Shown: positions 1 to 11,603 of the stretch, one piece after another | How the letters are laid out: each line of letters begins with the position of its first letter | Numbering within the stretch: the stretch's first letter is position 1 | From: Felis catus | Lineage: Eukaryota | Reading direction: 5' to 3' | DNA: 64,000 bases | NCBI RefSeq assembly: GCF_018350175.1 | Contig: NC_058368.1 | Location: 42,224,001-42,288,000 of the forward strand | The notes under the pieces: generated by a model | Database searches by the model: none | What the model was told of the DNA's origin: nothing | What the model saw: the letters and a program-made list of their open reading frames with translations, nothing else | Position numbers and translations under genes: made by a program

Positions 1-1144
1 TCGATGTTCTGTTAGGTGGAGACCATTTGGGTACTGAAAACAGCACCTCAGTGGCTTGTCTCAGTCTGAATTCTCATGTAATTGTTGCCTCATGAGCAGC
101 TTAAAAGCAAACTCTAATATAAAAATATCTTACTTTTTTAAAAGGCAACTTATTTTTAAAAATTCAATGTGATTAAATGTAGGCATTTAGATTAGATCCA
201 AATATGTTTAAAAGACAGGGTATCTATCTTTAAGGGTAGCAAAGTGAAAAAAATGAAGAAAATTATGATAATGAGTTTTACAATAGCCTGCAGGTCCCTA
301 AATAAGCAATGCATAAATATAGGCACACATAAAAGTCTTCCCGACAAACATCTTAGTCTTAGGAAAAAATCAGGAGTCCTTCCACTATGTATACTGCATG
401 AAAATTATGTGATTTGCCCCCTCTAAGCCTGTTTTTCTTATGTTTAATTAAATGAACTATAAGCAGTGCAAATTAAAACAGCATAATATGCTATTGAAAA
501 TAAATTCAGTATTTTTTTTTCTAACATAGTTAGGATCTAGTAATACAGTTAAGAATTAGCCATAGGTTATAAAATGTTAGAGCTCTATAGAACAGCACAT
601 TTTTTCTGTACTTTTCATAATTAACATATTTCATAACAATAGTGAAAGAAAACAATAAAACTAACTTTATAACTATGCCATATTTGAATTGCCCAATCTA
701 TAACCCACCCAGTACACTTTCTTAGGAAATTCACATATATGGATTTAGGAAAATAACAATAATAACAATTATTATTATTTTAATAAATATTAATGGAGAC
801 TCTCCAAGATCTACCCTGTAGCTCACACATCCCTGCTATCAACGTTGGAGGAGTGAACACGGATCTGAAGTTTTACCTGGAGTCCTCCTGAAGTAAATCT
901 CTTTATTGTTTTATTTTTCTCACTAGAAATTTACATGGGAAGATATAAAATCATTATATTAATTCAGATAAAATATGATTAGGGGCTCATTTAGGACAGT
1001 GTGGGAAAAACATGACATTCTAAAGATAGGAATTAGGTATTAGAGAACAATTTAGGTGAAGGTTAGGAAATGGAGAGAGTAGGATAACTGGGATTCCTGG
1101 CTTAGGAAACTAAGAGTGGAGAACACTGTAGAAAAATAAGATGG

Positions 1145-1360
1145 GGGGCGCCTGGGTGGCGCAGTCGGTTAAGCGTCCGACTTCAGCCAGGTCACGATCT
1201 CGCGGTCCGTGAGTTCGAGCCCCGCGTCGGGCTCTGGGCCGATGGCTCAGAGCCTGGAGCCTGTTTCCGATTCTGTGTCTCCCTCTCTCTCTGCCCCTCC
1301 CCCGTTCATGCTCTGTCTCTCTCTGTCCCAAAAATAAATAAAAAAACGTTGAAAAAAAAA
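1145..1360 (+). mobile_element. CanSINE, young felid SINEC_Fc type
   Basis: GGGGCGCCTGGGTGGCGCAGTCGGTTAAGCG head, (CT)n region, A tail, CpGs intact; TSD aaaaataagatggg (1132-1145 / 1357-1370). Confidence 0.97.
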
Positions 1361-2660
1361 ATAAGATGGGAATACTGCCATGGATTTCTCCAGGCACACA
1401 ATGCCATACTTTACTAACATCAAATGTAGCTTCATTTAACTTCAGAGTTGAAAATTATCTTTTATATTAATTTGTTTCTATACAGAATTATACATAAGGT
1501 TTTTGAAAACCAGTAAATCCTCATAGAGTTACCATTATGTATGAAAGCAGTGTCAGCTATAAAATAATTCAGCAATGACCTGGGTCTTATTTTAAACATT
1601 ATCTTGGAAAAAGAAAATTTATTTCCTTTACTCCTTTTCTCAATGTATGCATAGCAAATTAATTCTAATGTGATTCAAATCCCAGTTCTTTAAAGCCACA
1701 TGCATTGAAGAGGGAAGAGCAATTCATGGTCTCTTCCCCTCTCCCTGCTCTTTTCTCCATTACTGCGTTCAGGCTTTGAATGAATGATGCCTTCAAAAGG
1801 AACAGTAAGCGTCTCACTGGAGCTTTGACCTACTGTAGCCCCCAAGACTATCTATACCTTATTTTCCTCAAATTATAGAAATAGGGAAACTTAATCTCTT
1901 TTCTAAACTGAGGATGGCATAAAGCTACTTCCAATCTGAGCATAAAACAACATAGGACCAGGTTTTTATGTACATGTTTTTGGTATTACCCATTTTGTTA
2001 ATCCTGATGTTTGAGACCTAAGAATAAAATATCATCTGCCGATGTTTAGGTAATGAGAATGAAATATTATAATACTATTATAAGTATTTAATAAAGGGGA
2101 AAGGTATAAATTCAATGATGGCAAAGGAGACGGTTTTCTTTTCAGATCTGGCGGTGTGGGATGTCTCCCAAACTCAGATGCACAGGAAGGAATCAGTCAG
2201 TGCTTCAAAATTAAATTCAGTAACATGCCCAGCCTCTATGGAAACCGTAAAAGAAGGACTCTGTTTGACAGTCAACAGCAAAATTGCAGCTGCTGAGATT
2301 GTGTATGTAGCCAAGTGCCACTTCACTCTTGATCTATGTTAAGTTGACTGAAGGAAGAAAATCAATTATTATCGGCAGTGAACTTCAGGTAGACCCGGGT
2401 TTGAGATGCCAGCTACACGCAGGTGTGTGCCCTCAGCAAAGATAATTCTGACTAAGCCTTCATTAAGTAGAAGTGCTGCTTAAAATCTCACTGCTTTGAG
2501 ATTTTAAGTGGTTGTGTTTTAAATGTAGACAGAGACAGATGGAAAAAACCCAAATATTATAAACCACCGAACATCACTAACAAAAATACCTGCCTGATCT
2601 AGTTGAATTTCTAGAATACCAGGTCTATTAGAGAAGCATACACAAATATACATGCACGCG

Positions 2661-2693
2661 CACACACACACACACACGCACACACACACACAC
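2661..2693 (+). repeat. (CA)n microsatellite, imperfect
   Basis: Direct reading; preceded by alternating purine-pyrimidine catgcacgcg. Confidence 0.95.
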
Positions 2694-2750
2694 TTCAATA
2701 TTCTCTATGAACACACTAGAGTCTAGACCTATCAAAATTTTAGAGACACA

Positions 2751-3279
2751 TGTAGTGGATATTTGTCAGTGTTTTCAGACCAGAACCTACTTCCTTTTCT
2801 TTTGGTAATGGTATCCCAAACTTGATATAGGGAGACGTTTTCTTCACTTTCACTTTCAATCCCTGAGTCTGAGGGCAGGGGCAAGAACCATTTCAAATAG
2901 CACCTCTATCCCAGACACAGACACTTGTTCAGGGACAGAAGTGTGGGCCAATTTTCCTAGGTGACATAGAGAGAATACTAAATCTAATGTAGAAACACCT
3001 GGACAAGCCTGTGTGCTGATCCATGAGCCAGCCCTGTTGCTGGGGCCACAGAGAGGAGCTGTCAGTGGAGAGGCTCAGAGGAAAGGGACTGTCAGATGCA
3101 AACTAGTGCCATTGCTTGGATTTTCAATGAAGGTACAATCAAGGTACAAGTCAGTAAGTCCCCTTATAAATGCTCTTTTGTGAAAGTACCTTGCATATAT
3201 GTGCATTTGTGGCTTCAAAATCCACATTTACATCAGTTATACACAATGTATTGTGCAACTAACAAACCTGACTCTAACA
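2751..3279 (+). mobile_element. Old MaLR solo LTR (MLT1K/L-like)
   Basis: Starts TGTAGTGGATA...cttttggtaatggtatccc and ends ...tgcaactaacaaacctgactctaACA, resembling MLT1 termini; heavily diverged. Confidence 0.5.
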
Positions 3280-3511
3280 CTCAGTGGTAGTCGACTTTCC
3301 AATGCACGTTTTCAAGAACAGATTTCTGAGACACAACTGACAAGGTGAGTAATGGGGGGAGTGAAGATCTGGGACTGCCTTATGAGAGACCTCAGTCTAG
3401 TTAATTTAGGGGAAAAATCCACATAAATATACCTATTACTATTTAATTCTGTATTTAAGTATGGTTTCCAAATTCTTCATATCTAACATTATACACAAGT
3501 TTTGTGTCTAG

Positions 3512-3543
3512 TTTTTTAAAATATTTATTTATTTTTAAGAGAC

Positions 3544-3591
<48 letters not shown>

Positions 3592-3749
3592 GGGGAGGGG
3601 CAGACAGAGAGGGAGACACAGAATCCCAAGCAGGCTCCAGGCTCTGAGCTATCAGCACAGATCCCGATGCGGGGCTTGAACCCATGAACCATGAGATTAT
3701 GAACTGAGCCAAGTCAGACATTTAACCGACTGAGCCACCCAGGTGCCCC
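3512..3749 (-). mobile_element. CanSINE
   Basis: Reverse-complement head ends tgagccacccaggtgcccc; long (GA)n; TSD tctagttt on both sides. Confidence 0.95.
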
Positions 3750-5129
3750 ATCTAGTTTGAATCAGTAGATAAAGTATGAAACAAATAAGAATAAAGAATG
3801 TACTCCAAATACTCTAAATGGAACAAAAGTCCCTCAAAGATCACATAACCCTACTAACATGCAAATCAAGAGTATCCATTCTGTAGGAATTCTTTGGGTA
3901 ATGGAGCATACCTAAAAGTCATATTTTATATCAATGAATGTTTGTTATTGGAAACAGATATTTTATCCTGCCACATATATCCATGCTTTTGAATAATAAA
4001 TTTAATCCAAAAAAAAGAAAGAAAAAGAAAATACCCTAAGCATTCCTTATATTTTTATTGGCTCTTATGTAATTCAAAATTTTTGATTCCAGGAAACTTA
4101 TAAAAGTTAGGAGACCAAAAGCCATGGATACACTTTTGTCATAGATTTATGAAACAATTTTCCAAAAAGAAAAAAAAAACTTAAGTTGTGCAACTAAACG
4201 TGTACTTTAAATGTACCCTATAGCTTTGTGTTTTATTTTAATAATTAAAAAAAAACAGCTATAACAATGTATAAAAGGCCAGTTTGCATTGTGTCAGTAT
4301 ACTTTATCATATAAATACACACTTAGGGACCTTTCAAGATACAGATTAAGCTGATAAATATGTATTTAGATACTTCTTAAAATGAAGATCAGTACAATGA
4401 TAGCTGATAATGCCATCCATGTATTTAGAGAATTTAAAACATGGATTATCGACGAGATGGACCATAATATTTCCTCTGGGGCCATTATAGTGAACGTGTA
4501 AACACATATAGATAATGCGGGGGCTGAGAGAAGGGAAGCAAAAATCAGCTTGTATACAAGCAGTGTATAAACGCTTCCTGGGAGTGAAATACAGGACACT
4601 GGGTATATATTTAGAAAATGATTTGCAAAGAACTTGGGGAGAGTATCGCTAAATATGTAAATACCTTTTCAATAGAAAAACTTAATTTTGTGTCCTCTGA
4701 ATATAAAAGGAAATCTCCAGTGTGGGTTACTGTTGATTAATATACTCTGCTAAATAATTAAGCAGATTCCAATCTTGCTGAGTGAGAGAATATATTTATG
4801 CCTTTTTTTCCACTAAGTATTAAACTTGTTTTATTACCCACCGAAAATACTAGAAATAGAAAATAATTCTATCACCTAAAGTTATGTGTTTTCTTATACT
4901 TTCTTTGTAGAAAGATGATTCATATTGATAGTCCCATGAGAGTTACATTTCTTTTCTTTTTTGTCTTCTTTTCTATTATATTTCTTTTCTTTTCCTGTTC
5001 ACAAATCAAATTATTGAGCACTATGCTTGGCCAGAGTCCCCTTATATCAAATGAATTTCCATCTATGAAAAATATATGAATATTACTGACAATAAAGCAG
5101 AATTTTTAAGCAGTGAGTAAAATTATCAC

Positions 5130-5316
5130 TTTTTTTTTTTTTAGAGAGAGAGAGGGAGAGAGAGATCAGGGGAGGGGCAGAGGAAGAGAAAGAATCTTAA
5201 GCAGGATATATGCCCAGTGCAGAACCCAAAGCAGGGCTCCATCTCATGACTGTGAGATCTTGACCTGAGCTGAAATCAAGGGTCAGACGCTTAACCAAGA
5301 GTCACCGAGATGCCCC
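5130..5316 (-). mobile_element. CanSINE, older diverged copy
   Basis: Poly-T, (GA)n, then ...gacctgagctgaaatcaagggtcagacgcttaacc...tgcccc. Confidence 0.9.
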
Positions 5317-5450
5317 ACCAAAAATATTTAAAGTAGATTTTCCTTCTCCTTGACTTTCTGTGTGAATACTATAATAGTAAGAGATGCTGTGAAAAAGAAT
5401 GGGATCTTTCTATAGACATTCCAGCCATCTCTACCTCTATCCCTTATACA

Positions 5451-5454
<4 letters not shown>

Positions 5455-5500
<46 letters not shown>
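5455..5500 (+). repeat. (CA)23 microsatellite
   Basis: Direct reading. Confidence 0.98.
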
Positions 5501-5501
<1 letters not shown>

Positions 5502-6129
5502 TGCTGTTTCCTGATAAACAAGACAAATTTTTAAGAGTAGATTTCAAAATTCCAGTGAATCATTTCTCCCATTTGTCTTGAACAGATAAAGAAATAAATG
5601 TTAGAAACTACACATACAAAAATTTTAAAAAGTCTAAATGATACATTTTTCTAAATTTGATCCATTAAAGCTATTAAGTAGTTCTTGCCTTCAGAAAAGA
5701 TTTGTATTGACGTCTCCAAACAAGGTTTATGTAAAATTATTTTCGTATACCTAAATATTCCTTTAAAGCACTCAAGTTTTTTTTCTATAATAGAATTGAT
5801 TTCATAATACATTGTTTTCTCTTTCCACTCTTATTATAGGCCTTTCTAAAGTAATCTACTATATCATGTCTACATATTTATATAAAGTATATTTCTACTT
5901 GTAAGTATTTAACTTGATTATTCTGTGTGTGTATGTATTTGTGAGTTTGTGACTATGCTTGTGTGTTTTGTTTGATTGCTCCAGCATCTCTGATGCCTTA
6001 CCACCAGTGGTTTTCCAGGTACTCGAATATCTTATAAGTATTTTGGCATATCAACAAAATTTAGGGTCTAAAAAGCAAGTCATATTTGAATAAAAAGATA
6101 TATGAGTTTTACCATAAAGAATTTGTTTC

Positions 6130-6130
<1 letters not shown>

Positions 6131-6208
<78 letters not shown>

Positions 6209-6210
6209 AA
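6131..6210 (+). repeat. (GAAA)20 perfect tetranucleotide STR
   Basis: 80 bp uninterrupted; source of the ERKK-repeat ORF 6086..6286. Confidence 0.98.
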
Positions 6211-7089
6211 CTGTTATCCCCCTTTTTGGATGTATTTTAAATTGATATTAAAATCACTAAGCTTACTAAAAATAAGCCATATTTAGAATAATGGAACACG
6301 TGTAAATTTAAAACAGCTAACATACTTCTAAAATTCTGTAATTTAATTTTTCAGCTTTGCTTATGCTGAAACCTGGCAAGAGATCTGTAAGTGGCCAATC
6401 ACATTTTATTACTGTCTTACATGACCAAAGGAAAAAATAATGCCATTGTAATTTACTTGCTAGAAAATCATTAATCAAACCTTCACCCCCAAAAAGCAAT
6501 AACAGCAGATCTTGGGATGTATAATTTAAATTAGCTTAATGTGGGAGTATTAATAAATGTTCATGCTCTGTCAGTAACTGCTTAAGATGAACAGTACTCT
6601 ATAGCTCAATCTTTTCATAAGTATGCAGTTTAGATAACTCTACATACTTTGGGGACATAATTTCTAGAATATATAAGGGGAGAGAAAATTAATTTTCTTT
6701 CATTTGTTATAAAGAGCTTACAGTAACTTCATTACCAAATATTCTTCTACTTGTGATCCCTTTAAGTTGGAAGTTCTAACACATTAGCATTTTGGGGATA
6801 TTATACATTTGTAACCACTTTCATCAACTAAGTAACAATAATTGGATATCTAAGGATTTAATATTACTCATTTTCTCCCATGATAATATTTTGTTTATAT
6901 ATTATGATTTGATCAATATTACTACCACCACTACCACTAAATAAGATAGAAGAATACAATGACATTCATTTGTTCAATTCAGTATGACAGTATACTTAAT
7001 ATTGGCCATGTATGCCAGTGACAGTGGTTTTGTTAAAATAGAGCTTGAAGACAGCCTTCTTTAAGGCACACTGGATTTGATAAATGGTT

Positions 7090-7795
7090 TTGCACTTGGT
7101 TAGTATCTATGTAACTTTCCGAGAGGACCTATACAATATTTAGGGATTATATAATATATAGACAGATAGATGATGATAGAGAGAGATGACAGAGATAGCA
7201 AGTCTTATCTGTCAATGCCCTTTAGGCATGAGCAAATTGGGGGAGCTGTGGTACTTTAAGGTAACAGATTCTGAGAGTCACGGAAGGTATATCTATCTTT
7301 AGGGGAAAGCATGTGATTGAACCCTTCGGAGGAGGCAAAGAGCTATGTAATTATGACTAGGACTCACTGCCAGCAAGAAATGAGGTAGGAAGAAATCTGG
7401 GAACATAAGGAGCCACCAGGTGATGCTGCTTTTAGCATCTCCAAGTCTTCAAGAGCTAGGGAGACAAGGGGGAACAGAAACTGCAGAGAACTGCTGCTGA
7501 CCATGGTGCTGCCACATTCGCATAAACAGAAGGTCGGACCAGGCTAGGTAATGCCTGACAGCACCTGTTCTCCTGCAGTACTGAGTCACTCTTCAGGGAA
7601 GAGAGGGCCAGTCCCTCATGGCCATTTAATATCTCAGGGTCCCTCCTTCCCAGAGATAGCTATTCTTTCCATTTTACCACCCACCAAGGAAAAAACTAAA
7701 CTAAATTTAGTTTAGTGCCACTAAAACACAGTAGTAGAAATGGAAGTGCAGAAAATGGGACTGAGTGCTCAGAATGTTAGAGTGACACCACTACA
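7090..7795 (-). mobile_element. Probable ancient LTR relic (LTR78/79-like, uncertain)
   Basis: GC-richer block ending ...gaaaatgggactgagtgctcag...accactACA, reminiscent of old ERV LTR termini; family and boundaries are not secure. Confidence 0.3.
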
Positions 7796-8814
7796 GAAAC
7801 TTAGATTTTTTTTGTGACTATTTTTTGTTACTATTAGAATGCAAGTTAAAATAACAAAGTAAAGGAAGAAGACATAAACAGCAAGATATAGTTATTTCTT
7901 TTGTCAAGGAAGTTATTTTAAATAAATTAAAAATTTCTTTAAAATCTATTCAGGCTTAACTTAAAGATAACACCTATGATTCCTTCTCTTTAAGTGAAAT
8001 TATATACCAATGGTTAGCCAACATATTTGTTGGTTTTTCCATTTACAATGATTGCAAATTCTTTTGATTGTACATTGAGTTGAAACATTAGAAACTTTTA
8101 GTTCAAACAAGGGAGCCAACCTTAATAGAAAATTCTTCTGTTTGAAAATACACCCAGCTGATCTTTCAGATATCTTATGTGGGCTCTGTGTTCTTCTCAA
8201 GTTACATCACAGTGTTAAATGCTTTGAAACAGTGTGTCTGTGGACAACCAGTCTTTTCTGAACTGAAATTCGGGACCTCCTTGAGGAACTTCTGTCTCTG
8301 CCAACTTGCATGTTTTCAAAGAAATGTCGAATTAAACCAATAGAAATCTAGTTTGGGTTCTTCTAACATCTTTTGAATATGAGGCACTGTACCTACTTTC
8401 AAAGAACTTAAAAATACAAAGTGTAACAAAGAACAGGAAAGCATTTGAGAAACTCTTCTAAAAACACATGCTGCCCCTAGACAACTGTCCTTTGAAGTCT
8501 GCGACAAAAGCTCTAGTGTCTAGAAATATTTCCACCTATTAGGGAAAAAAAAATCTCCTCTGAATAGATTGTAAAATTTCTGACTATGTCATACAGAATC
8601 ACAAATCCTTTAAAACAGAAATAATAATAAATTTATTGACAACGATTCTATTCAACATGTAACAGTAAGTTTATACAATGATGGATTGGTACATTTCTTA
8701 TCAAATAAATTACTTATGATGAAAAGTTATTTTAAAAGAAAAATATAATATTCAAGTGATAAGCCCATAATAAAAAATTAAAAAGTCAAATTACATGTAT
8801 CTATCAGATTATCA

Positions 8815-8995
8815 CTAGTATTTTAGGTTCTGGTGTTAGACTGAATTACACCTAATAGCCCAAACACACACAATTTTCACTAGTTGTGTGACTTTGAACA
8901 AGTTACCTCACTTCTCTAGACTTGGGAATCTTCAACTAAAATTGATCACACTAATTCTTTTCAAATTCCTAAGACCACAAAATGAGAATATATTA
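8815..8995 (+). mobile_element. MIR fragment
   Basis: Core-like cactagttgtgtgactttgaacaagttacctcacttctct. Confidence 0.65.
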
Positions 8996-9002
8996 AGGTT
9001 CT

Positions 9003-9504
9003 TGTCTCAGTTTGCTTATTTTCAGCCACAAGAAAATACCATGAACTGAGTAGCTTAAAAACAGAAATTTATTTCTCATAGTCCTGCAGACTGGGAAATC
9101 CAAGATCAGGGTGCTGGCTGATGCAGGTTATGGTGAAAGCTCTCCTCCTGGCTTGCAGATGGCCATCATCTCTCGATATCTGTTACCTGGCCTTTTCAAG
9201 GCCCATGAAGGGAGAGAGAGGGAGATAGGGAGAGAGGAAGACAGGGAGAGAGGGAGACGGGGGCAGGGGAGGGAGGGAGGGAGGGGGAGAGAGAGAGAGA
9301 GAGAGGGGGGGGGGGAGAGAGATACCTATGTACCTCTCTTCTTAAAAAAAACACTAATCCTATTGGATTGAGGCTCTATCCTTATAACCTCACTTAACCT
9401 TAATTAAACTTCTATATAGGTCCTATCTCCAAATGCAATCACATTGGAGGTTTAGGGTAAATATATGAATTTTTTTGGGGGGGGGTAAAATTCAGTCCAT
9501 GGCA
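9003..9504 (-). mobile_element. MLT1B-like MaLR solo LTR with expanded purine tract
   Basis: tgtctcagtttgct...aacagaaatttatttctcatagt...tccaagatcagggtgctggc...acactaatcctattggatt...ttcagtccatggCA match MLT1A/B blocks. Confidence 0.85.
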
Positions 9505-10089
9505 TTCAGTCCTTAATTATGAATAAACAGTAGCAATGTATGATGATGCCTCTTATAATAATAATGATTATGATAATGTTGCTTATCTACTAATACAGGA
9601 ACAACCTTCCAGAAAGTGCCACCGTATATAGGACCAGGTAGACCAAAAGTAATTGATCTTCATTTTTTTCTCTATCTTTTGACATAAGTACTGCAAGTCA
9701 CATTCCTCTAATATTAATTTCTCTCTGAATTGTCTGCTTAAACCCAATCAAGGTAATGCATGTAATGGCCAAATTATCAGTAATGAGAGACAAGGAAAAG
9801 GTATGAACAGGAAAGATTTCTTTGCATTATTCTTCATTTTCTTCTCTTGCCCATTGTGGCTGAGAACAGTTAAGTTCTCCCAGACCAAATTCTCAACACT
9901 TCTTCCCAAAAGATGGCACCATTGTTACCAACCTCTTGCTCCTGACTGTGTACTCAAACGTTGTGTAGAGCTTTTCTCTGGGATCTCTGAAATGCTGATT
10001 CCATTTACTTTTCCATATTGGTATGAAAAGATCCTTTGGTAACCCCCTGTATGAACTTCATTTCTTTTTAAACACTAAGTCATAGGAAT

Positions 10090-10270
10090 CAAGGTGGTCC
10101 CTTATCACCTCTATCAGAACCACCCGGGACACATTTTAAAAATGCAGATTTTTTAACTCGACTTCAGACCTATTTGATCAGAGTATCTGTAGGTGAAATC
10201 CATGGATCTATATGTTTTAAAATACACGGCCCTTAGATAATCTTGATTTATGCTAAAATCTGAAAGACAA
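10090..10270. mobile_element. MER5-like hAT-Charlie relic
   Basis: atcagaaccacccggg...aaaaatgcagatt...cagacctatttgatcagag...tatgttttaa pattern. Confidence 0.65.
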
Positions 10271-11309
10271 AACAATTGCAGAGGGAGAAAGAGAGGAAGG
10301 GAGAAGAAGAGAATTCTTAAAAAAGCTTATCTTTTTATTTTTAACACTAAATATTTTAAGAACATCTCAATTATTTGTGAATTTTGAACTTTAGGGACAA
10401 GAATATATGTGAAAGTCTATAGAATTATCTTCTTCAGGGTAATAGGGAGATAGGAAAAAATTGATCAGAAGTAACAAATACAGATGTAAAAAAGGTAGCT
10501 TACCCATCAAAATCGGAGGGAGTAGCAGTAAAAAGAGTTACTATTTAGGTAGGAAGATGTCCTAGCCCTCAGAGGCTCCCCTGGTAGAAAGGCTGTTTAG
10601 AAGGACTAGGAATCTTTCTGGTCCCCTCATTCCTTATTCTCAACTACTTCTTTCTTCCCAAACTTCTGATCACCATCTGTTGTTTTTTCTCCTCACCCTC
10701 TCACCAGATCCAAACTTTCTAAAGTTCCCTCCAGTTCCTTTCTCAGGCTTCCAGCAATGCCTTTGAGGCGGGGGAGTCTCCATACCCTCCAGGCATCAAG
10801 TGACTATGAGTAGCTAACCAACTGAACTGGGGACATATATTTTTGTCATTCTACCCAGAAACCCTTGTCCCAAGGAAATATTGTTATAAAAGGTGATTCC
10901 AAAAGTCCTATTGCTATTTTTTTGCTAGTGAAGTTTCACTATGAGATAAATGGGCTCGGAGAGGTTGGTCCAGGACATTACCCACTATGTTTAAATAATG
11001 AAACCTCTGAATGACTCACAAATGAACGTTAAAAAAACACGACTCATCCATGAATAATTTTTAATGGAAATATAGAGAAAAACATGAAATTATTTATATA
11101 TCCAAAAATATGAATAAGAATATGGATGCATAATGTATACAAAGAGGGAAATATTATTTTACACTGGAATAGCACGTTCAAAAGTAACAAATAAAGCCTT
11201 GAACATGAGATTCAAAGATCAAAGGAGCACTAAAATGAAACATGCTTTTCTTTTAGTCACGAATGTTGCTCTGTTGTGAACAATTGAATATTGCATCCTT
11301 ATAATGAGA

Positions 11310-11530
11310 AGGACGACATAGTGGTTAAGAGTTTGTAGTCTCTAGACTCAAGCAGACTGGTTCAAATCCTGACTAGTTGAGGTCTAGCTGTGACATTGTG
11401 GCATTATTTCTTTAAGCCTTTACTTTCCTACCTGTATAAGAGTAGTAAAGGCAAGGTGGTTAAATAAAAAATAAAGTGCTTAATTCAGAACCTGAGCTGA
11501 CATTTACTCAATGAATGTTTATTATTATTA
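11310..11530 (+). mobile_element. MIR
   Basis: catagtggttaagag...ggttcaaatcctg...agctgtgac...ctcaatgaatgtttattatt. Confidence 0.75.
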
Positions 11531-11603
11531 TAAATCATTTCTGGACCATTGTTATCCTAGTGTAATGAAAAAAAACTTTTTAAACATACAGATTATTTAG
11601 GTA

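Noticed and set aside
1145..1230. tRNA-like A/B-box heads
   Set aside because: They are the tRNA-derived 5' part of SINEs and continue into SINE body and tail; no independent tRNA gene.
1110..1435. ORFs with GQRETEHERGRGRERGRHRIG / VAQSVKRPTSAQV motifs (also at 3455, 11674, 11732, 21959-22498, 25799, 35107, 42133, 58824 and others)
   Set aside because: These are translations of CanSINE bodies, not genes.
2115..2388. 75-aa ORF with + strand acceptor ttttcttttcAG (2145)
   Set aside because: No recognisable protein, antisense to the host gene, and the nearby donor is weak and probably MIR-derived.
6086..6286. Lys/Glu/Arg-repeat ORF
   Set aside because: Translation of (GAAA)20.
8316..8410. Possible minus-strand terminal exon TVPHIQKMLEEPKLDFYWFNSTFL*
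   Set aside because: The acceptor context is interrupted by purines and there is no similarity to any protein I recognise.
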